DNA of 64,000 nucleotides from Candidatus Micrarchaeia archaeon (GTDB lineage: Archaea; Micrarchaeota; Micrarchaeia; Micrarchaeales; CABMGC01): contig JBMFWW010000002.1 of assembly GCA_049964835.1 (NCBI GenBank), forward strand, positions 16,701-80,700. The letters run 5' to 3'. The notes below the pieces were generated by a model. That model was not told where the DNA came from. It saw only the letters and a list, made by a program, of their open reading frames with translations, and ran no database searches. A program made the position numbers and the translations under genes. Numbering within the stretch: the stretch's first letter is position 1; each line of letters opens with the position of its first letter. Shown piece after piece: positions 39,745-47,479 of this stretch.

Positions 39745-40728
39745 TCAACCTTTCATAAGCTTATCCAACGCGTACATAACTTTCTTTTCATTTGGAACAT
39801 AGTAGTTTTCATATCCTGGATATGGATAAGGGAAGCTGTTTCCACCTACTCTAACTATCGGTGCATTTAATTTATATAATGCCTTTTCTGCTACTCTTGC
39901 AGCTATTTCTGCTCCGACTCCGAAGCTTAATGAAGCTTCATGAACAATAGCTAGTCTCCCTGTTTTATTTACGCTATCTAATATTGTTTTTTCATCAAGC
40001 GGATTTATTGTTCTTAAATCTATTATTTCGGCATCTAAATTCATTTTAGCTACGGCGTCTTTTACTACAGGAACCATAGTTCCATATGTTACTACTGTTG
40101 CATTATTTCCTTCTTTTATTATACTAGCCTTTCCTATCGGAACCTCATAAGCTTCTGTCGGAACTTCCTGTTTAAACAATCTGTAAAGTTTTGTAGGCTC
40201 TAAAAATATCACCGGATCATTCATTCTAGAAGCCTTTATCAAAAGGCCTTTTGCATCATAAGGATTAGAAGGTTCGACTACCATCAAACCACCGATATGT
40301 GAGTAGTAAGCTTCTGGACTATCTGAGTGATGTTCAAGTGTTCTTACACCTCCGCTTACAGGTGTTCTAACTACCATCGGTACAGTTAGATTTGATCTAG
40401 TTCTTGTTCTATATCTAGAAGCATGATTTATTAACTGACTAAATCCTAAATACATAAAGCCTGCAAACTGTATTTCTGGAATTGGCCTAAGTCCAGAGAT
40501 TGCCATTCCTATTGCAGTACCTATAATTCCTGATTCTGCAAGAGGGGTATCTATAACTCTATTTTCTCCGTATTTTTTTAAAAGTCCATCCGTAACTCTA
40601 AAAACTCCGCCGTCTTTTCCAATATCCTCTCCAAGCAACAATGTTTTGTCATTTTCATTAAGTATTATGTCCAAAGCGCTATTAAGAGCAGAAACCATAT
40701 TCATCTGCATAAACTCACCTACTGCCAA
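39745..40728 (-). CDS. 2-oxoacid dehydrogenase E1 component beta subunit
   Basis: LLGEDIGKDGGVFRVT, VIDTPLAESGIIGTAIGMA and FLEP are typical of the transketolase-like E1 beta subunit. Confidence 0.9.
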   Translation of the reverse strand: MAVGEFMQMNMVSALNSALDIILNENDKTLLLGEDIGKDGGVFRVTDGLLKKYGENRVIDTPLAESGIIGTAIGMAISGLRPIPEIQFAGFMYLGFSQLINHASRYRTRTRSNLTVPMVVRTPVSGGVRTLEHHSDSPEAYYSHIGGLMVVEPSNPYDAKGLLIKASRMNDPVIFLEPTKLYRLFKQEVPTEAYEVPIGKASIIKEGNNATVVTYGTMVPVVKDAVAKMNLDAEIIDLRTINPLDEKTILDSVNKTGRLAIVHEASLSFGVGAEIAARVAEKALYKLNAPIVRVGGNSFPYPYPGYENYYVPNEKKVMYALDKLMKG

Positions 40729-41786
40729 AAGTTATTCGCCTCTGCCTCGTCAAACTCTTCCCTAAGCGTTTGCGGTATAAAACTATACACTGTATTGAAC
40801 ATGCTTCTAGGGTCAGCTTTAAACTTTTCTGCCTTTTCTACAGCTTCATCTATTAACTTCAATGCAGCGTCCTTTTCCTCTTTGTCCTTTTGTTCATTTA
40901 ACAAATTATTTTTAATAAGATACTTCTTCACACGTTCTATCGGGTCTTTTTTTGCCCAGATTGAAACATCTTCATCACTTCTATACTTTGTAGGATCATC
41001 TGCAGTTGTATGCAAACTCATTCTATACGTTATACACTCAATTACTGTAGGGCCTTTCTTTGAATTAAGTATCGCATCCTTTGTTGCCTTGTAAACTGCC
41101 AGAACATCATTTCCGTCTACCTGAACTGCATCTATTCCTGCAGCAACCGCTTTTTGTGCAAGTGTTTTTGTATTTGTCTGTTCTGACCTTGGCAAAGATA
41201 TTGCCCATTGATTATTTTCTATAATTGTTATTAGTGGAACCTTCCATACTCCTGCAAAGTTAATTGCCTCATAAAAATCTCCTTCTGATGTTCCTCCATC
41301 TCCAATATATGCAATAACAGCAGAGTCTTTGTTTTGATATCTTTGTGAGAACGCAATTCCTGTTGCATGGGGCATTTGTGTTGCCACTGGCACTATTATA
41401 GGGAACGCATTAGACTCTTTTGGAAAAACATTTCCTTCTTCATAACCTCTCCAATATATAAACATAATCTCTGGCGGGACTCCTCTTTCAAGAAAAACTC
41501 CATGCTGTCTAAATGCAGGTACAAAAATATCTTGTTTTCTCATAGCGGCTGCACTTCCTATTTGCGTAGCCTCTTCTCCAAGTAGTGGTGCGTAAGTTAC
41601 TGCACGACCTTGCCTTTGTAAACTCAAAACTTTAGTATCAAGAGTTCTTGCAAGTATCATACCTTTATACATTTCTAAAATTTGTGAATTTGTTAAATCT
41701 ACAGGCATAAGTTTTGGATCTACATTTCCTTCTTCGTCTATAATTTGATAATAATCTATGCTGCCTTCGTAAGCCTTTCCTAACAA
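40719..41786 (-). CDS. 2-oxoacid dehydrogenase E1 component alpha subunit (TPP-binding)
   Basis: It has a TTG start. The TPP motif is YIGDGGTSEGDFYEAINFA...IIENNQWAIS. Confidence 0.9.
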   Translation of the reverse strand: MLGKAYEGSIDYYQIIDEEGNVDPKLMPVDLTNSQILEMYKGMILARTLDTKVLSLQRQGRAVTYAPLLGEEATQIGSAAAMRKQDIFVPAFRQHGVFLERGVPPEIMFIYWRGYEEGNVFPKESNAFPIIVPVATQMPHATGIAFSQRYQNKDSAVIAYIGDGGTSEGDFYEAINFAGVWKVPLITIIENNQWAISLPRSEQTNTKTLAQKAVAAGIDAVQVDGNDVLAVYKATKDAILNSKKGPTVIECITYRMSLHTTADDPTKYRSDEDVSIWAKKDPIERVKKYLIKNNLLNEQKDKEEKDAALKLIDEAVEKAEKFKADPRSMFNTVYSFIPQTLREEFDEAEANNFWQ

Positions 41787-42114
41787 AAAAACACCGATTT
41801 ATATAAAACAACAATAATATTTAAACACTTCTAAAAGAAATCATTATTATTATAAATAATATACGATAAGACGAAGAAATCTCCAAAAGTAAAATAACGC
41901 TTTAAGACGAACCTATAAAAACCATTTAAATATCACATTTATCAGATATTTTATGATTTTATGCCAAATCAAAAACAAAGAAAAACAAATAGAGACATTC
42001 AAAACAAAGCATTAGATTTAGATCTAATAAGTAGCTTAAGAAGAAAATCAGATAAAAGAGCAGAAACAAAACCAGGCGTTTTTAATTTAAAACACGGAAA
42101 TAGTATCCTTGAGC

Positions 42115-43083
42115 TCAGTTAGTTTTTTCTCCTATTAATGCAAGTTTAGCGAGCATTGACTCAAGCTGTATTCTGTCGTTAGCACCTTCTACTATTCTGT
42201 AATTGCAGTCACCTATCTGTGATATTAGTCTTAATTTTTTCTTATCCTCTATTTCCATAGATACTGCTTCTCTATAGCATTGTACTAGAATATCTTCGCC
42301 GCTCATTCCATGAACTAAAGTAAGTGTATTTAGTTCTGTTCTTGCCTTTTCAAAATCACCGGAGAGAGCAAACCTTAACATCGCTATTACCTCTTTAGGT
42401 CTTGCTCTTGCTGCTATTTCATATATTGAAGACTCAGTTACTTTTTTATCTGTTACAGTTGCGCTCTGCATTATATTAGTTAATCTTCTCAAATCTCCCT
42501 CGCTAACATAGAGCAGTGCATCTATTGCTTTTTTATCTAGCTCTAAGTTTTCTGATGCAGCTATTCTTTCTATATAAGAGCGCATCTCATCCTCTTTCAA
42601 AGGCTTAAATCTCAATACAACACACCTACTTTGTATAGGATCTATTATTTTGCTAGAGTAATTTGCTCCAAGAATAAATCTCGTTGCTGCAGAGTACTTT
42701 TCCATAGTTCTTCTAAGCGCGTGCTGTGCTTCTGGAGTTAGTGCATCAGCTTCATCCAAAAAAACTATTTTGACTAAGCCACTAGATAATGGAATCGTTC
42801 TTGCAAATTCTTTGACCTTTCCTCTAACTACCTCTATTCCCCTAGAGTCGCTTGCATTTAGTTCAAGAAATGCCTCATTTATGCTTTCTCCATACAGTTC
42901 CTTTGCCATTGCTATTGCCGATGTTGTTTTTCCGACTCCGGCAGGACCTGCAAAAATCATACTCGGAAAGCTTTTTACTTTTACAAATGCTTTTAACTTT
43001 TCTACTATTGCGTCTTGGCCTATAATCTCCGATAACTTAGACGGTCTGTACTTTTCTGTCCATGAAAGATCTATTCCGCTCAA
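42115..43083 (-). CDS. rfcS: replication factor C small subunit
   Basis: WTEKYRP, Walker A GPAGVGKTT, DEADALT and the SRC motif (QSRCVVLRF) are all present. Confidence 0.9.
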   Translation of the reverse strand: MSGIDLSWTEKYRPSKLSEIIGQDAIVEKLKAFVKVKSFPSMIFAGPAGVGKTTSAIAMAKELYGESINEAFLELNASDSRGIEVVRGKVKEFARTIPLSSGLVKIVFLDEADALTPEAQHALRRTMEKYSAATRFILGANYSSKIIDPIQSRCVVLRFKPLKEDEMRSYIERIAASENLELDKKAIDALLYVSEGDLRRLTNIMQSATVTDKKVTESSIYEIAARARPKEVIAMLRFALSGDFEKARTELNTLTLVHGMSGEDILVQCYREAVSMEIEDKKKLRLISQIGDCNYRIVEGANDRIQLESMLAKLALIGEKTN

Positions 43084-43138
43084 GAAATCATTTATTAAAT
43101 ATTTAACTCAAAAATTACTTATACTTAATGATTAAAAA

Positions 43139-43230
43139 TAGCCCCAGCCAGATTCGAACTGGCGTTTGCAGGTCCAGAGCCTGCCGTCCTTTTATGTCTT
43201 AATTTTAAGAGACCACTAGACGATGGGGCT
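43139..43230 (-). tRNA. tRNA-Gln (anticodon CUG) with an intron of about 20 nt in the D-loop
   Basis: The reverse complement is AGCCCCA TC GTCT AGTGGTC[TCTTAAAATTAAGACATAAA]AGGAC G GCAGG-CTCTGGA-CCTGC AAAC GCCAG-TTCGAAT-CTGGC TGGGGCT A. The A1-U72 pair is typical of archaeal tRNA-Gln. At 92 nt it is about 20 nt longer than a mature tRNA. Confidence 0.8.
43191..43210 (-). other. putative tRNA-Gln intron at a non-canonical (D-loop) position; boundaries approximate
   Basis: An AT-rich insert lies between GTCTAGTGGTC and GGAC of the D arm. It contains the self-complementary TCTTAAAATTAAGA. Confidence 0.55.
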
Positions 43231-43343
43231 ATTATACTTTAAATATTTATACTGTTGTTTATTAATTCTTTTCGTGGGTTATTTGTGAAACATCGACAAT
43301 TTCTTCGTTAATCTATATTATGAATAATTATCAAAAATTACAG

Positions 43344-43356
43344 AAAATATAAATAT
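43344..43356 (+). promoter_or_regulatory. candidate TATA box for the 5S rRNA gene
   Basis: AAAATATAAATAT is centred about 25 nt upstream of the 5S 5' end. Confidence 0.35.
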
Positions 43357-43375
43357 CTTTTCTTACATATAATAC

Positions 43376-43491
43376 TGCCAAACGGTCATAGTAGCAGGGA
43401 AACGCCCGAACCCATTCCGAACTCGGAAGCTAAGCTTGCTAACGATATGAAATACTGCTGTAATAGTGGGAAAGCATATTGCTGTTTGGCA
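43376..43491 (+). rRNA. 5S ribosomal RNA (solitary)
   Basis: The terminal helix is TGCCAAAC...GTTTGGCA. The core GGTCATAGTAGCAGGGAAACGCCCGAACCCATTCCGAACTCGGAAGCTAAGC closely matches archaeal (Thermoplasma-type) 5S. No other rRNA gene is adjacent. Confidence 0.85.
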
Positions 43492-43497
43492 CTTTTT
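43492..43497 (+). terminator. oligo-T tract following 5S rRNA
   Basis: CTTTTT lies immediately after the 5S 3' end. Archaeal RNA polymerase terminates at T-runs. Confidence 0.35.
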
Positions 43498-43676
43498 AAA
43501 AATTATTAAGCGAGGTGTGAGGTCAAGGTATACTATGGGCTTTAGCTCGTAGACAGGAATTGATTCCACCATTCAAAAAATACAAACATTTTTCTATTTC
43601 TACTAAAAAGATTCTTTGACGACGAGTTGTCGCAAAATTCTTCGCGTCCGGATTTTTCACCACCGAAGCGATAATA

Positions 43677-43990
43677 TGCATAGTGTAAACTCTGCAAAAA
43701 ATATAAAACCTGCGGCCACAGAGAATGGTCATCCATATAACTGGCAACATTTTGTTTTTGTTACAAAATATAGATACAAAATGTTCAAAAACGAAAAAAA
43801 CAGTTGCAATAATTAAAAAAGCAATAATAGACGCAGCTTCAAGAAATAATATCACTATAAAAGAATTTTCTTTTGGCGATGATTATTCACATATGCGCCT
43901 TGAATTAAATTTTATAGAGAATCCTTGTAAAATATTTGTTCTAAAATATCTCTATGCAAGGTTAATCTCGAGTAAAATTAAGTTATTGCC
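43677..43990 (+). pseudogene. frameshifted, truncated IS200/IS605-type Y1 (HUH) transposase remnant
   Basis: Frame 1 reads ...NGHPYNWQHFVFVTKYRYKMFKNE, matching the TnpA block H.V...KYR.k.f. Frame 2 continues with KTVAIIKKAIIDAASRNNITIKEFSFGDDYSHMRLELNF. There the position of the HUH motif DHVHLL has degenerated to DYSHMRL. I saw no terminal hairpins and no tnpB. Confidence 0.45.
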
Positions 43991-44115
43991 ATCTATTAAT
44001 TTAGATAATATTATTTCAAAAACATTTTTATGTAAAAATCTGAAGTATAAAAAACATATTAGAAAGATTTTTATATAACAAATATGATATCTATTAACTA
44101 ATAATAAGTGCTTAT

Positions 44116-44502
44116 ATGTTAGGAATTAGAAGAGAGGATCCAAACAGAGAACGTATAAATAGAAATTTAACATTAATAACCGCAATGTTAGAAATAGAAA
44201 AGGCATTATCTTCAAGAAATTTTGCAGTAGCAGGAAGAATTTTCAATTGTTCTGTTGGAGATATTGAAAAAGTTGAAGATAAACCAATTCTTACTGGTCG
44301 TTTTGCAGAATTTGCTGAAAAATTAGGATATAAAATAAAAGCTGCTCAATTATACGAAAAAGCAGGAACCGATTACGGTCCAAAAAGTATTTCATTTCTT
44401 AATAAAGCACTAAATCTTTTTAATGAATCTGGCGAATTAACGGATTCGGAAAGAGTTCAAAAGAAAATAAAGTTTCAAATGGGATCTTTAAGGAGAAATT
44501 AA
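44116..44502 (+). CDS. hypothetical protein
   Basis: This is a 128-aa ORF with normal composition. I recognise no motif. Confidence 0.45.
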   Translation: MLGIRREDPNRERINRNLTLITAMLEIEKALSSRNFAVAGRIFNCSVGDIEKVEDKPILTGRFAEFAEKLGYKIKAAQLYEKAGTDYGPKSISFLNKALNLFNESGELTDSERVQKKIKFQMGSLRRN

Positions 44503-44524
44503 AGATTAAATATATTTTTAAATA

Positions 44525-44600
44525 TGGTGCGAGCGCCGGGATTTGAACCCGGGTTTTTGGCTTGGAAGGCCAAAGTCCTACCAGGCTAGACTACACTCGC
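44525..44600 (-). tRNA. tRNA-Gly (anticodon UCC), 3' CCA encoded
   Basis: The reverse complement is GCGAGTG TA GTCT-AGCCTGGTA-GGAC T TTGGC-CTTCCAA-GCCAA AAAC CCGGG-TTCAAAT-CCCGG CGCTCGC A CCA. Confidence 0.9.
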
Positions 44601-44719
44601 CTTTGTAATAATGCTAATATATTTGTTAGATAAGAATTATAATACTTTTTAACTTTTTCTAAAACCAAATAACTAAGAAAGCTTTTTAAATTCTATATAC
44701 GTTAATATACTGTGATATA

Positions 44720-45400
44720 ATGAATTTATTATTAATAGGCATTGTCACAGTTGTAATAATCATAGTAATAGCTGTAATTGTTTCAATATACAATGGCTTA
44801 ATATCAAAAAGAAACCGTGTACAAGATGCATGGGCGCAAATAGATGTTCAGTTAAAGAGAAGATACGATCTTATTCCTAACCTACTCGACACAGTAAAAG
44901 GTTATGCCAAGTATGAACGAAGCGTTCTTACACAGGTTACACAACTTAGATCCTCTCTTATAAATGGATCTGTTCAAGACAAAGCACAAGCAAACAATCA
45001 ACTTACACAGGCATTTAAGAGCATATTTGCAGTTGCAGAAAATTATCCAGATCTTAAAGCCTCTCAAAACTTCCAGCAACTTCAGCAAGCAATAACAGAT
45101 ACTGAAGACAAGATAGCATTCGTAAGAACATCATACAACGATTATGTTCTTGATTATAATAATATATTGCAACAGTTTCCAAGCAGTATATTTGCCAATA
45201 TGTTTCATTTTGTAAAGTATGACTTTTTCCAGACAGAAAGTGATGCAGAAAAAGAACCAGTTAAGGTTAATTTTGATGATTTGAATGGACCTTCTTCTAG
45301 TAAAAGTTCTAATACACCTCCAAAATCAACAACTAGCAGTTCAGGTCCACCTCAATCAGGTTCTTCAAAAGGCAAAAAGTCAAAAGGAAGTAATAATTAA
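44720..45400 (+). CDS. lemA: LemA family protein
   Basis: An N-terminal TM helix is followed by YNGLISKRNRVQDAWAQIDVQLKRRYDLIPNLLDTVKGYAKYE and ENYPDLKASQNFQQLQ. The tail is Ser-rich. Confidence 0.85.
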   Translation: MNLLLIGIVTVVIIIVIAVIVSIYNGLISKRNRVQDAWAQIDVQLKRRYDLIPNLLDTVKGYAKYERSVLTQVTQLRSSLINGSVQDKAQANNQLTQAFKSIFAVAENYPDLKASQNFQQLQQAITDTEDKIAFVRTSYNDYVLDYNNILQQFPSSIFANMFHFVKYDFFQTESDAEKEPVKVNFDDLNGPSSSKSSNTPPKSTTSSSGPPQSGSSKGKKSKGSNN

Positions 45401-45412
45401 GTAATTAAAAAT

Positions 45413-46327
45413 ATGAGCGGGAAAAGAATGGCAAGCTTCTTTGATGAGATAGCTAAGAATAGATTAAAATCTATAATCCTTATGGCTATTTTTATTGTAT
45501 TTTTTGCAGCTATAGTTTATGCATTTGTTTGGGTCTTTGGCGGAGGATTAGTTGGATTTTCTATAGGTATACTCATAATACTTTTTTATGCAGTAATTGT
45601 TTACTTCTATGGAGATAAGATGACTCTAAAGGTAGCAGGAGCAAAGGAGGCAGATAAAACAACATATGCATCTTTGTACTCAACAGTTGAAGGTCTTTCA
45701 GCCGCAACCCAAGTTCCTACTCCTAAAGTCTATATCGTGAACGATCCTAATCCGAACGCATTTGCTACTGGAAGAAACAAGAAAGTATCTGCAATAGCAG
45801 TAACTTCTGGACTGTTAACAACAATGAATCATAGAGAACTTCAAGGAGTAATAGCACATGAAATGTCTCATATAGCTGATAATGATGTTCAATTCATGAT
45901 GATAGCAATAGTCTTTGCTGGAGCTATAGGATTAATAGCAGCAGTTCTGAGAATGTCATTATTTTTTGGCGGATTCAGAAGAGTTGAAGGTGAAGGTGGC
46001 ATAATAATATTATTAATAGCATTAGCTGTTGGAATTCTAGCTCCAATATTCGCACTCTTAATAAGACTTGCAATTTCAAGAAAAAGAGAGTATATGGCAG
46101 ATGCGAATGGAGCAAGATTGACAAGGGATCCAGAAGGACTTGCAGATGCTCTTACAAAAATTAAAAATTACACCGCGCAACCAAATGTCAAAGGCGTAAA
46201 GAATGCTAATGAAGTAAATGGTTCAATGTACTTCTCAAATCCTTTTAAGGGAAAGAGTATAATGAATATTTTTTCAACACATCCTCCTATCGATGAGAGA
46301 ATAAACAGATTAAAGAAGATGTACTAA
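45413..46327 (+). CDS. htpX: HtpX-like M48 zinc metalloprotease
   Basis: It has HEMSHI (HExxH), four TM segments, AFATGRNKK, and the C-terminal FSTHPPIDERI. Confidence 0.9.
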   Translation: MSGKRMASFFDEIAKNRLKSIILMAIFIVFFAAIVYAFVWVFGGGLVGFSIGILIILFYAVIVYFYGDKMTLKVAGAKEADKTTYASLYSTVEGLSAATQVPTPKVYIVNDPNPNAFATGRNKKVSAIAVTSGLLTTMNHRELQGVIAHEMSHIADNDVQFMMIAIVFAGAIGLIAAVLRMSLFFGGFRRVEGEGGIIILLIALAVGILAPIFALLIRLAISRKREYMADANGARLTRDPEGLADALTKIKNYTAQPNVKGVKNANEVNGSMYFSNPFKGKSIMNIFSTHPPIDERINRLKKMY

Positions 46328-46712
46328 TGTCACTAAACAGGCAAAGCTTTGTCTTAAAAGATGTAATGATGGAGCTTAATATTCTAAAATCTACAGAGTA
46401 TCTTGAAGATATGAAAAGATTCGGAATAAATACTACTTCTACAATTACATTGGGCGTATCAGTTCCTAATCTTAGAAAACTTTCAAAAAGATAGGAACAA
46501 ATCACGCGTTAGCTACTCAATTATGGAATACAAAGGTTCATGAAGCAATGATACTTGCTGCATTTATTGACGATCCATTACTTGTCAGTGAAGAACAGAT
46601 GGAGCAATGGGTCAATGGTTTTTCATCTTGGGATATATGTGATGCCGTATTCGGAACTCTTTTTGATAAAACAAGGTTTGCTTATAAAATTCCTAAATTC
46701 CCAGAGTTTTAG
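46327..46712 (+). pseudogene. DNA alkylation repair (AlkD/PF08713-like HEAT-repeat) gene, frameshifted and 3'-truncated
   Basis: The sequence MSLNRQSFVLKDVMMELNILKSTEYLEDMKRFGINTTSTITLGVSVPNLRKLSKR stops at 46492-46494, right after an A5 run at 46485-46489. Shifting the frame by one nucleotide (consistent with a single-base deletion in the A5 run) continues the protein as IGTNHALATQLWNTKVHEAMILAAFIDDPLLVSEEQMEQWVNGFSSWDICDAVFGTLFDKT. This matches the family pattern FGI...GVS.P.LR.lAk.iG.nH.LA..LW...iHEa..lA. Only about half of the expected length is present, and it runs into a transposase fragment. Confidence 0.65.
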
Positions 46713-47076
46713 ACACTAGGATGCCTAATTTTTCTGAGATTTCCTGCTGTTCTTTGGTCAATTCAGATACCAGTACCTCCTTCTCATAAATTTTACACTT
46801 TAGATTCCTCAAACTTACCAATACCTCTTCCACTGTATAGTTTTTACCTAATTTCTTTTTTAATTGTATGAACGCAATTAATATCATAAACTGCATGAAA
46901 ATAAACCCACGCAACGCCTCTTCTGAATGTACACGTAATGGAAGTATACTGATATCGTCTTTTGAAAATCCAAATAGTATTTCTGTGATTTGCCTAACAT
47001 AATATGCAGGAACAACATCGTTTTTTGATAGTTCAAATGGAAAGTATTTATTTAGGACCTTTTGATTCAGATATGA
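46693..47076 (-). mobile_element. C-terminal fragment of a DDE transposase (IS4/IS1634-like), no intact element
   Basis: The reverse-strand frame is open from 47076: ...KVLNKYFPFELSKNDVVPAYYVRQITEILFGFSKDDISILPLRVHSEEALRGFIFMQFMILIAFIQLKKKLGKNYTVEEVLVSLRNLKCKIYEKEVLVSELTKEQQEISEKLGI. It resembles the C-terminal third of IS4/IS1634-type transposases. A stop codon lies upstream, there is no catalytic core, and I saw no inverted repeats. Confidence 0.5.
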
Positions 47077-47402
47077 TTATGGTAGAGTATGAAGATATCT
47101 TAGGAAAAGATAATGGAAACGATAGCAATTCTTCGGAAATAATTGTTCAACAACCGAATGTTGTCCCGCTAAATATAAAAAATAATCAAAGGAAAAAATA
47201 AACGCAAGAACTGGAAGCTATAGAAAATAAGAGTAAATATGAATAATTGTTCTTGGTATTTACAGTAAGCTATATAAACCTTTATTTGTATAATATACTT
47301 CAACGCTTTATATGCACGTTCACACTGCATATTTGTGTTAATATTTATTGCATACTCAGTTGTATGCTTTATTGTTTAATGTGAAAATTCCTATTTGGAA
47401 TT

Positions 47403-47436
47403 GGATGTAGTCTTGAGAGTGTAAAGAGAAGAACAA
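47403..47436 (+). other. 5' strand of the pre-16S rRNA processing stem
   Basis: GGATGTAGTCTTGAGA (47403-47418) is perfectly complementary to TCTCAAGACTACATCC (49039-49054). GAGAAGAACAA (47426-47436) pairs with TTGTCTTCTC (49021-49030). The internal unpaired segments are compatible with a bulge-helix-bulge site. Confidence 0.7.
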
Positions 47437-47479
47437 CGCAATTGCAATTAATAAAATCTTGCAGACAAACAAACCAAAA

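Noticed and set aside
41958-42122. A possible 53-aa ORF (MPNQKQRKTNRDIQNKALDLDLISSLRRKSDKRAETKPGVFNLKHGNSILELS) in the E1alpha-rfcS intergenic region.
   Set aside because: It is basic, low-complexity and has no recognisable family. It would overlap the 3' end of rfcS convergently. The evidence is insufficient to call it.
43363-43855. Track ORFs 43363-43572, 43523-43855 and 43542-43736 on the minus strand.
   Set aside because: They overlap the 5S rRNA and lie antisense to the IS200-like remnant. They have no motifs and odd composition, so I treat them as spurious.
47004-47201. A 65-aa track ORF upstream of the 16S gene.
   Set aside because: It overlaps the transposase fragment in antisense and then runs into promoter-like AT-rich sequence. 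It has no motif.
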